Of a stretch of DNA of 64,000 bases, positions 13,002-24,033 are shown one piece after another (the first letter of the stretch is position 1; each line of letters starts with the position of its first letter). The notes under the pieces were generated by a model that was not told the origin of the DNA, did not search any database, and saw only the letters and a list, made by a program, of their open reading frames with translations. This DNA comes from Octopus sinensis. Taxonomy: Eukaryota. Position numbers and translations under genes: made by a program. The stretch lies in assembly GCF_006345805.1 (NCBI RefSeq), contig NC_042998.1:81530001-81594000 (forward strand), read 5' to 3'.

Positions 13002-15831
13002 CATACATACATGCATACATACATACATACATATATACATACATACATATATACACACATGCGTGCATACATATATAAATACATACATGCATACGTACAT
13101 ATGTGCATGCATTTATGTGTATACCTAAGTCATTGAGCACAAAATAAAGAAAGCACTGGGAGACGAGTTTGAGCAAATTTATTAGTTTAACCTTTAAAAC
13201 AATGGACTGTGTTTTGACGTTTCAGGCGCCAAATCTTCATCGGCAAAAATAAAAGATCAAGATGTTCATCCGTATGCATTCGTGTACTGGCACTTGCACA
13301 CAGAAAAACACACTCACATATATTTGTATATATGCATATATAAATCTATACACACCAAAGTCCGCACGCGTACAGACGCATATATGCATGTATCGTATGC
13401 GATTCTGTGTTTACACGTATACGAATGTTTGCATAAATCATTTTCTACCCTGTACAGTATCAATTTCCTCTTCACCTTCTTCGAACCACACGCAAAACAC
13501 ACATACATCGCTCCACTCATAAACATAAAGACATTTACCCGAAGACATGCTTTTACATACACACTAAATAGAAAGTATGTATACTAAAAAGTCACTCACC
13601 CTTAACACATACATCTATTTGTACAGACGGAAACATTGGTTGATAATTCAGGAACGTCTCCTATTTGATGAATATTACATCCTAATCTTGAATGACGTGG
13701 ACGCCTCCATCTTTTCAAGAATGCAAATAGCGTTCATTTTTCAGTTACATTTCTATCCATATTCCCTCTTTTTTAATCGTTTCCTTCTCAATTTATCATT
13801 CTTTTCAATTAGCTTTAATGTTAATTAAAGAAAATATTTTACTATTTGTATTTTATTGTTTTAGCATCTAAAATTTTCTCAGCAGCCTTGCCAGTTTCCT
13901 TAACTAGAATTTCAATACTTCTTTCCAGTTTTTCATTATACAAAAGTCACGATCTTCAACATAATTTAGGTTACGTTACTCTTTCAAGTAAGATTTACTG
14001 CGTGATTCGGATTTTTTAAAATATCATTTTTTACAACCTTTAAGACATTTCTATGATTTCGTTGCAAATAATATTGTATATACTGAAATTTCAGCCTATG
14101 TAATCATAAAACATTCCCTTTCTTACTAATTAGCATATTAATGTTTCGTTTATGGACCTAACTCGAAATCATACGATGTTGATAACACATAGTTGAGTAG
14201 TAATCAGAATTCATAACATTTATGTAGGATTTGACAAATTTTGAAGTAAAATTTAAATAAGATAATTGCTTGGTATCAGAAAGTTGTGATCAAAGTTTAT
14301 ATAATTTCTCTTGACTATCTTTAAGATAGTACATTTTATAGGGAAAGAGAAATATCTGGTTGTGACGTTTATGTATTTTTCTTCGTGGGAATTTATTTGC
14401 ACAAGAGTAATGAAAATGTTTTAAATAAGGATGGATATAGTATGACATAGTTGGGTACTGATTCTATGGTTCTTAAAGCACAGGAATATATAATTGATTA
14501 TCTTACTGTATCCATCTCAAAGTGAATAAAATTTATGTCGACATCCACGGTACTTAAAAGCAGGATTTTAAAGCTGCCAGCTATGTTTCTTGTGAAGAAT
14601 ACACCTAGATATGCAGCTTAGTGCAAAGTAAGTAAAAGTTTCTTTTAAAGACAAGATTAAAATAAAGTTTAGCTGTGATAAATATAAATTTCATCCTCGA
14701 ATAAAAAGTTAAAAAGTATATAATTTGCTTACAGTAGAATGAACTAAAATAGCTGTTATCTTAAGCTATCACTCTGATCTCTTACCAACGTCTGATCACA
14801 GTATTTCAAGTGATATATTTTTATATCATTACACTAGTTAAAAAAAAAGGCGTATACGAAAATACCCGTATAGTATAAATTAAAAACTATCAACACACTA
14901 ACTCGGTGATGTTTCATCTGTTGCTTTGTTTTCCTCATGTTTTATCCTGATACTTTTAGACTGCTGACGTATAGTAAAGCAAGATTTACCGATAATAGTC
15001 TCCATGCGATTCGTTTATTATCATCTTGTCTCCTGAAGAGTTGAAAGGAAGAAAAATTTATGGGGAAATGGAATTTAATTCCTAGTTCAGTCCCTTGTTA
15101 AACAGACATATATCGAGCTGTATTTCTCCAAGCCAGTGAAATCGACCTCTGGTTGACTTAGAAGAATATATTTTAGATTTGAACATGGTTTTAGTCGTCT
15201 TTCCTACAGCATAGCTTAAAGGTATATTTTCTAAGCAATGAGTACAATGATACTGAAGACAAAAAATATTGTATTTGACTATCCGAATAAAGACAGAAAT
15301 TACGATATAAAAAATAGAAAACCTTTAATGTAGCATAATTCCTCAATAAATTCGGTCATTTCACTCTGTAACATAATATAACGCACTTATTTGAATACTG
15401 AGAATAGTAAACTTCCAAATATTTACATAGCAGTTAAACAGTGCTTTGATGTAAATGCAAGTATTAGTGAGGTATAAAATTGATTGATTGATATAATAAA
15501 TATACTGTTATGCTTTAAATGAATGAAATTTAGAGCGGTCTTCTGGCATATCATATCAGTCTTTTCTTGGTAAACTTAATATCAATGGTGATCTTGATGA
15601 TATTCTCCTAACGTAAATATTGGATTAAAGAAAAGGTTTTTTTAATTATTATTTGTATTTTATTGCAAACTATTACGTATGAAATATTAGGATCCTCCTG
15701 ACCTTCCAAGCCCTTGGAAAATATTTCAAGCAAGTTCATGCGAATTCAAGGCAAGGTAGTAACATAGTACTATTTATTTTCAAAATACTACGTTAACGCA
15801 TAAGGTTTTCATTGAAATTATTACTACATTG

Positions 15832-15881
<50 letters not shown>

Positions 15882-16134
15882 ATATACTTGGAAAAGGATG
15901 CGTGGCGTTCGATCACATAATAATATAAGTAATATATAAATATATGCATATATACATACATATATGTACATACCTACATATATATGTATATATACATGCA
16001 TATATGGATACAGGACATAAAAAAAACCTTGAACACAATGAGAAAACATAAAAGCAACAGCAGCCATAATCCGAAAAGAAGAACAAGTCAACATCATCGG
16101 TAACCACCGAGGCGCAGGTTTTATGTCGGAGTTA

Positions 16135-16472
16135 TCCCAGTTACCTGAGTTACCTTCTCCTAGAAGGATGCCCTAACAAAGGCTAGGAGTCCTTCACTCC
16201 CAATGGTTTAACCGCGCGATCAGGTATTCAGTCCGATTATTTCTATGTCCCTGCGCATGATACAGCCTTAAGGCATTTATTGGATGGCCGTTGACTCTCA
16301 AGAGTTCCTCCGCCCTTTGACGGGCTTTGTTTTTCATCCTGCAGGGTGTCCAATAAACACCCTCCTCACCAAGCTTGCTTGGTGGGTTTGCCAGTTTAGT
16401 CGCCGACGACCCGACCATGCAACAGGTTGTACTGGGTTACATGTTACCAGTAGCACTTGAAAGTGACCTGAC
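16135..16472 (-). mobile_element. Short RTE-like 5' segment beginning with an HDV-like ribozyme fold
   Basis: The ccttctcctag...aaggct motif resembles RTE 5' UTRs as I recall them. The 5' end folds as a nested double pseudoknot (see findings). Confidence 0.55.
16391..16468 (-). ncRNA. Candidate HDV-like self-cleaving ribozyme
   Basis: P1 GGUCA/UGGUC, P2 CCAGU/ACUGG, P3 CA/UG, P1.1 CC/GG, P4 hairpin GUCGUCGGCGAC, J4/2 C-UAA. Confidence 0.55.
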
Positions 16473-16478
16473 ATAAAT

Positions 16479-16564
<86 letters not shown>

Positions 16565-16812
16565 ATATATATATATATATATATATATTTAATCAATATA
16601 GGGTGGCAAGGAAAATTTTGTAGAATTTTATTGCCACCAGCGGCCCAGCGGGAAAAAAATTAAATAGTCATAGACCATTTTTAAGTTCAACATTAACATT
16701 AAGGAACGGCCATAATAGGCCATTCACCCACTAGAAATAACAGCCAAAGCTTCTACCGCAAATAAAGATTAATTCCGTAAACAGGAGAAAATTAAAAAAA
16801 CTTTACCCTGTA

Positions 16813-16919
16813 ATTTCTTGTACGGTATACCGTTTCATCCGCTGTTTAATGGTATACTAACCTGATTAAATTAAATCAAGCCAATCTTCCATAAGCCCTC
16901 GGATTCTTCAGCAAGAAAT
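16813..16919 (-). ncRNA. Type I hammerhead ribozyme (array unit 1)
   Basis: AUUUCUUG-CUGAAGA-AUCCG-[58 nt]-CGGAU-GAAA-CGGUAUACCG-UA-CAAGAAAU. Intact core, 8-bp stem I, 5-bp stem II, palindromic stem III, GUA cleavage triplet. Confidence 0.9.
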
Positions 16920-17788
16920 AGCTCAAGACGGAACAGATATATACACGAGGCATACCAATCTTGCCAAGTCAATATCTGACCTAAAATTTTCAAATCGTCG
17001 CACTCGCGCCAAATTTATCGGCAGCAAATAAATATCAGCCGTCGATTCCATTACGGAATTACCAAAAAATTCATAATTAATCAATATAGGGTGGCAAGGA
17101 AAATTTTGTAGAATTTTATTGCCACCAGCGGCCCAGCGGGAAAAAAATTAAATAGTCATAGACCATTTTTAAGTTCAACATTAACAATTAAGGAACGGCC
17201 ATAATAGGCCATTCACCCACTAGAAATAACAGCCAAAGCTTCTACCGCAAATAAGATTAATTCCGTAACAGGAGAAAATTAAAAAAACATTTACCCTGTA
17301 ATTTCTTGTACGGTATACCGTTTCATCCGCTGTTTAATGGTATACTACCTGATTAAATTAAATCAAGCCAATCTTCCATAACCCGCCCTCGCAATATCAG
17401 CAAGGAAGCTCAAGCAGGACGGAACTACCCATTATTCCGGTCCATCCATCTCCTGCCAATTTTCAAATCGACGCACTCGGCAATCCGTGAAAACATTAAT
17501 AAATCGTCAGCAATAAATATCAGCGTCGATTCCATTACGGAATTAACCAAAAAATTCATAATTAATCAATATAGGGTGGCAAGGAAAATTTTGTAGAATT
17601 TTATTGCCACCAGCGGCCCGCGGGAAAAAAATTAAATAGTCATAGACCATTTTTAAGTTCACATTACATTAAGGAAAAGGAACGCCATAATAAGCCATTC
17701 ACCCACTAGAAATAACAGCCAAAGCTTCTACCGCAAATAAAGATTAATTCCGTAAACAGGAGAAAATTAAAAAAACATTTACCCTGTA

Positions 17789-17894
17789 ATTTCTTGTACG
17801 GTATACCGTTTCATCCGCTGTTTAATGGTATACTAACCTGATTAATTAAATCAAGCCAATCTTCCATAAGCCCTCGGATTCTTCAGCAAGAAAT
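17789..17894 (-). ncRNA. Type I hammerhead ribozyme (array unit 3)
   Basis: Same core and stems as unit 1. Confidence 0.88.
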
Positions 17895-18282
17895 AGCTCA
17901 GACGGAACAGATATATACACGAGGCATACCCAATCTTGCCAAGTCAATATCTGACCTAAAATTTCTCATCGTCGCACTCGCGCACAAATTCGCGCAGCCA
18001 AATAATATATCGGCAGATAAATAATATCACAATTAACCTAAATAAAAAAAAATAATATAATATAATCAATAGGGTGGCAAGAAAATTTTGTAGAATTTTA
18101 TTGCCACCAGCGGCCCAGCGGGAAAAAAATTAAATAGTCATAGACCATTTTTAAGTTCAACATTAACAATTAAGGAACGGCTAATAGGCCATTCACCCAC
18201 TAGAAATAACAGCCAAAGCTTCTACCGCAAATAAAGATAATTCCGTAAACAGGAGAAAATTAAAAAAAACATTTACCCTGTA

Positions 18283-18388
18283 ATTTCTTGTACGGTATAC
18301 CGTTTCATCCGCTGTTAATGGTATACTAACCTGATTAAATTAAATCAAGCCAATCTTCCATAAGCCCTCGGATTCTTCAGCAAGAAAT
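18283..18388 (-). ncRNA. Type I hammerhead ribozyme (array unit 4)
   Basis: Same core and stems as unit 1. Confidence 0.88.
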
Positions 18389-18876
18389 AGCTCAAGACGG
18401 AACAGATATATACACGAGGCATACCCAATCTTGCCAAGTCAATATCTGACCTAAAATTTTCAAATCGTCGCACTCGCGCCAAATTTATCGGCAGCAAATA
18501 AATATCAGCCGTCGATTCCATTACGGAATTAACCAAAAAACTTTATTTGCGGTAGAAGCTTTGGCTGTTATTTCTAGTGGGTGAATGGCCTATTATGGCC
18601 GTTCCTTAATTGTTAATGTTGAACTTAAAATGGCTCTATGACTTTTAATTTTTTTCCCGCTGGCCGCTGGTGGCAATAAAATTCTACAAAATTTTCCTTG
18701 CCACCCTATATTGATTAATTATGAATTTTTTGGTTAATTCCGTAATGGAATCGACGGCTGATATTTATTTGCTGCCGATAAATTTGGCGCGAGTGCGACG
18801 ATTTGAAAATTTAGGTCAGATATTGACTTGGCAAGATTGGGTATGCCTCGTGTATATATCTGTTCCGTCTTGAGCT

Positions 18877-18982
18877 ATTTCTTGCTGAAGAATCCGAGGG
18901 CTTATGGAAGATTGGCTTGATTTAATTTAATCAGGTTAGTATACCATTAAACAGCGGATGAAACGGTATACCGTACAAAATT
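18877..18982 (+). ncRNA. Type I hammerhead ribozyme (inverted copy)
   Basis: Core intact on the + strand. Small deletion in the 3' arm of stem I (caaaatt versus caagaaatt). Confidence 0.8.
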
Positions 18983-19130
18983 ACAGGGTAAATGTTTTTT
19001 TTATTTTCTCCTGTTTACGGAATTAATCTTTATTCTTTATTTGCGGTAGAAGCTTTGGCTGTTATTTCTAGTGGGTGAATGGCCTATTATGGCCGTTCCT
19101 TAATTGTTAATATATATATATATATATATA

Positions 19131-19538
19131 TTGATAATATCAGAGTAATAAAGATTTTAGAAATTTTTACTACCAGTGGCGTAGCGTGTAGAAAAATTAG
19201 TCAATAAACTATATATTATTCATATAAATACAATGTACATTTATACAATGTACCTGTTGATAAAGACTTCGCCTAGCAAACTATGTTTTTTACTAAAGAA
19301 AAGTCAGAAACCAAAGTCCAGGAGATAGATGGTTAAAGTTTTTATTTCATCTCTAATAGTGTTTTGGACTTTGGCTGTTCCTTCTAGCCTGCTAGGAATC
19401 CTATGACGGATACCTCTTATGTGTTTAAATGTACACTGTATGTATATGAGTATTATATAGTCTATTGACTAAGTTTTCTACACGCTAGGTCACAGATAGT
19501 AAAAATTTCAAAAATCTTTATTTTCCTGATATTATTAA
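19131..19538 (+). mobile_element. Fold-back element with central variant hammerhead (19253-19322)
   Basis: Inverted arms 19131-19243 and 19426-19538. Spacer reads CCUG-UUGAUAA-A-GACUU...AAGUC-A-GAAA-C-CAAA-G-UC-CAGG. Confidence 0.7.
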
Positions 19539-19928
19539 TTATTGATAAATTTTTCTGGAAACTTTTGCAGGTAACGCCGGTATTATTTTCTTTGCAGCCG
19601 GCAAAAAAAACACAAAAAAACAGCGCTTGCGCGGTGGATTTGAAAACTTATAACGTATAAGCACAAGGCACATGCTGGATTGCCTTGTACTTATATGTTT
19701 AATCTAGGCGTACCTGTTGATGAAGACTTCGCCTAGCAAATTATTTTATAATACTATCGTAAATATGAGGGTAGTAAATTGAAATGATTTAATACGAGTA
19801 AATAGAAGTAATAAGAAAACTTATTTTTAAAAATATAAGAGAGTATAAAATATTTTTATTTTTATACATAAAGAGATGACCAATAACAGAACTCTTTACA
19901 TGCTAAACAGGCAAATTAAAACCCAAAC

Positions 19929-20535
19929 CACGGAAAAGAGAATTCATGAGGCACGCTGTTATAAGACTAGGACGAACAAAAAAATTCTGAGGCTATAAAG
20001 GATAGTTTTAAATTTCTTTATTTATTGCTGGACTATAAAAATTACGCTCGCGCACTAATTTCGAATTCTTAATGGATAAAGATGTAGCTGTCAAGGTGGC
20101 GAGCTGGCAGAAACGTTAGTACGCCGGACGAAATGCTTCGCGGTGTTTCGTCTGTCGTTACGTTCTGAGTTCAAATTCCGCCGAGGTTGACTTTGCCTTT
20201 CATCCTTTCGGGGGCGATAATTAAAGTACCAGTTTCGCACTGGGGTCGATGTAATTGACTTAATCCCTTTTTCTGTCCCTGTTTGTCCCCTCTATGTTTA
20301 GCTCCTTGTGGGCAGTAAAGAAATATAAAGATGTATCTGTCTTGCGCACGTGTTTTGGTACGTATTTGTAACTACAAATTTATTCATTAATTAGCGAATC
20401 CCGCTGATGAACTACAGATTCCAAATTAGTTTATTCGGCTATTAATAGGGAAACTCGAGTTACGGATTAACTAATACATTTTTTCATTCGTTCTAGTGTT
20501 ATAACGGCATGCCTCATGAATTCTCTTTTTCGTGG
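19929..20535 (+). mobile_element. Fold-back element with hammerhead-like core (20397-20467), interrupted by a SINE
   Basis: Inverted arms ~19929-19978 and ~20487-20535. Core CUGAUGA-A-CUA...UAG-G-GAAA-CUCGAG-UU; stem I imperfect. Confidence 0.6.
20093..20325 (+). mobile_element. SINE family A, full length, with target-site duplication
   Basis: Head aaggtggcgagctggcagaa and B box gagttcaaattcc. Flanked by ataaagatgtagctgtc and ataaagatgtatctgtc (17 bp, 1 mismatch). Confidence 0.9.
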
Positions 20536-21036
20536 GTTGGGATATATATACTTTCCACTGTATGTTAAGCACGTAAGGAAGCAATTGACTTAGAGAGATC
20601 AGTGTATCAGCTAGTCTTTATGAATATTTCCCCTTCAAATGAATGGCAATACGCCGGTAACGAACCTTTTTTTAATTGGGTCTCATTAAAATCATTTAAT
20701 CTTATAACACATCTCGAGGTTTCTCAAGCAGCAATAAATTGCAATTGGCTTGTCTTAATTTGGACTAAAGACTTTCCATGCCTCTCCATAGTTTGATTAT
20801 CATTTAAATGAACATCTATTCGCAACGCATCTGTGAGTGATTTCGCTTACATTTTGTGGCATTTTGTTTTTGCCTTTTGGTAAGAAAACAAAAAAAAAAC
20901 GATGATATAACAAACTGGGTTATGCATCAAACAATTTTCGGGCCTACAAGAGTCAATAACTATTATGTCATAATATCTTTTCATACTGTAATGCTTAAAT
21001 ATAGTCCCTGCAGTTTCCAAAAAGTATCTATCTATC

Positions 21037-21106
<70 letters not shown>

Positions 21107-21870
21107 CCGACTTACCTACCTACCTACCTACCTACCTACCTACCTACCTACCTACCTACCTACCTACCTACCTACCTATCTACCTACCTACCTACCTACC
21201 TACCTACCTACCTACATACATACAAACACATACATACATACATACATACATACATACATACATACATACATACATACATTCAGGCATACATATATGCGAT
21301 GGCACGCTACACCGCATATCCTACAGCTTCCACGCCAAACGAATAAAAATGACTATATTTGACGTAATTGTGTGTGTTTAAGAGAGGGAGAGTGAAATTT
21401 AGATAATTTCTACGGACATTTCACCACCATTGTTGCTTGTAACCCTACACTGTGTGGTGCAAGTGCATTTGAATTCTTAACCGGAACGGATAATGAGAGG
21501 TAGCTTTATTGCATTAAGTAATAGAAAAACTAGTTTCAAGAGCTGGATACTTGACGAGGCATTACATAAATATTTTAAAAGGAGAGCAATTGGTAAGGGC
21601 TGGAAAAAAGAGAAAGGAGAAAATTGAAAGAGGGCCAGAGAAGACAAAAAGGGAATAAAATGAGCAAAAGAAAGAGATAAAAAAAGAACAATGAAAGGAT
21701 TGGAGAGGAAGCATAGTATGGGGATTAATTAGAAATATAGACACATATAGACACTAGTATATAATGTTCAACTATTATTACCTAATATTCTAACATAATA
21801 TACACCCAAGTTATGGTTAATTTCAGTACGTATATATATATAAACATATCTATATATTATGCGTACACAT

Positions 21871-21915
<45 letters not shown>

Positions 21916-21963
21916 AATACATACAGATACAAACATACATACATGCATACATAAATGCATACT

Positions 21964-22025
<62 letters not shown>

Positions 22026-22313
22026 TATATATATTATATATGTAGAAAGAGACAGATTTACACATGCACATATGTAGGGCATGAATGAACATATATGCAT
22101 ATATATATATATATACATATATACACATACATACATACATACATACATACATAAATACATACATACATACATACATACATACAAACATACATACATACAT
22201 ACATACATACATACATACACATATATATATATTGGATCATCCCAATGTGGATTTTTCAACTCTATGAACTAAATGTCGGAGGGGGACGGGATAAACTACC
22301 TGCATCAGCTTGC

Positions 22314-22350
22314 TATAAAGGCAAGTAGTAATTTTACCTTGTGTTTATTC
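22314..22350 (+). promoter_or_regulatory. Candidate TATA box plus initiator at the start of the ORF1-only element pair
   Basis: TATAAA at 22314-22319 lies about 30 bp upstream of TTATTC (22345-22350), which is Inr-like. Confidence 0.35.
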
Positions 22351-24030
22351 TTAATGCAAGCTTTGAAGAATTTGGTTTGTATTGCTGTTGTATTGTGGTT
22401 TAAATATTGTTGTACTGTTGTTTGAACTGTCGTAGTGTTCGCTGAACACTTTGGTTTTTGCTGCCTTGTGGCAGTCTGGTTGTACTTTCCCTCCTCATAG
22501 AGGAAGGTAGGCCAGGTAGAAAAAGGGAAGATATCAGATTTTCAGATAGCAGCTACACTGAGGTGTCCAATTCATGTACCGCTAAGGAGAAAAGAACATG
22601 GCTAGATAGAAGCTTTGCAGAGATGGCAAAAATATCGGAGTAAATATGGAAAGGAACGAGTGGAAGGACTATTCAAAAATGATGAAAAGGGAAGGAACTA
22701 ATGTTGAGTGGCAGCCCCAATGGATATTATCATTACTAGGATTGAATGTACGGTGGTACACTCAGTGGACGCAGGAAGAATCAACGAAATGACGACGAAT
22801 CAAGTAGAGAAAGCACTAAGGCCAGTCTGGAAGGAAATCAAATATCTAACCAGAGGAAGAAAATTTGGAACAGTTGAAGTTCAATTTAAGGATGCAACCG
22901 TAGCAAACTTGAATGTGGCAACAATCTTAAAAACTGATGAAGTGGTAATGTTGCCGATATATCGTGGAAGGCGTGCCATAAGGGTCAAAGTAGAGGGACC
23001 CCCCCCCAGACGTCGACGTGGCCTGGAAAGCAGCCGCTGTCTTGTTCGGCAACGAGGAAGAGATAGCGGTTCCTCAGGCCCCTAAGATAGAGAGAAGAAC
23101 CTGGAAAGGGCAATCCCTAAACATGGTGATACAAGGACCGAAGGAAATAATAGAAGAGTTGCCGGAAACAATAGCATTTGATGGTGTAATAATGGTAGTT
23201 AGAGTAGAGGGCAGGATTCCCAGATGCTACAAGCGTAGCCACATTAGAACAAACTGCCCTCTACAAGACAAAAAGTGAAAGGAAGAACCGGCAACAGAAA
23301 AGGAAAAAAATAACACCACCACCAGCAGCAGAAACAGAAGAAGAAGAAAGCAGAACAGATGGCAAGAAAAGGAAAAGAAAAAGAGGAAACTAGGTAAAAC
23401 AAATACAGAACGCCACCCCACTTAACACCCACCCACACCCTCTTCTTCCCACCCGCTCCCTACAGACGCTGAACCTACCCACGTCTCCAACACAAAAGCA
23501 AATACAGTCAAACTCAAACCGTTTGACCTCCCCACCTCCCGAAAAAAGAAAAGAAGTAACTTTGCTATTATGTATGACAATTCTAATAAGAACCAGTGTG
23601 AAGAAATAAAAAAGTGGAAAAATATGAGTGGTGGACACTCGCAAGTTCGACAATGCACAAGGGTGGCGTTGCTGCCTGTTGTTGGACGAGGAGCAGAGGG
23701 AAAAAGTTACAAAATTCAAAGGAGGATATAAAATGTGGGAGGGCGAACTAGACATTCAAAAATTACCATGGAACATGGATTACACGCAATTAGTAAATGA
23801 GTACGGTTTCGACATCTTGGAAGGCACCAAGTACAAAAAGTAAAAAAAGGAGCAAAGGTAAAAATGAAGTAATTCAGAGGTGGGGCTGAGAATATTTCAT
23901 TTCTTCTCCCATTTTCATTTTGTCTTTCATTGTAATATGCACTTGTGTTCTTTTTTCTTATTTGTTATATGTCCCCACATGTCCGTGTGTTGTCCCCTCT
24001 ATGTCAGCCCCTTGCGGGCAATAAGAAATC
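22345..24030 (+). mobile_element. ORF1-only (HAL1-like) non-LTR retroelement, copy 1, frameshifted
   Basis: Fragments 22708-23085, 23018-23278 (VEGRIPRCYKRSHIRTNC, a decayed CCHC knuckle) and 23628-23843. T-rich 5' UTR, no RT, structured 3' tail plus A-rich end. Confidence 0.75.
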
Positions 24031-24033
24031 GAC

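Larger units (their letters stand above)
16589..19110. repeat. Array of ~490-bp hammerhead-containing units: 4 direct copies plus ~1.15 inverted copies, inside (TA)n
   Basis: Unit starts (aatcaat...gggtggcaag) at 16591, 17079, 17564 and 18064. The inverted block is 18541-19110. Confidence 0.92.

Noticed and set aside
17380-17520. Apparent divergent variant segments in array units 2 and 3 (also 17960-18070)
   Set aside because: Patchy indel-rich garbling amid otherwise identical sequence looks like unpolished long-read error rather than biology. Array copy number should also be treated cautiously.
20093-20185. tRNA gene calls for SINE heads
   Set aside because: A/B boxes are present, but they continue into SINE bodies with tails and TSDs and have no complete cloverleaf.
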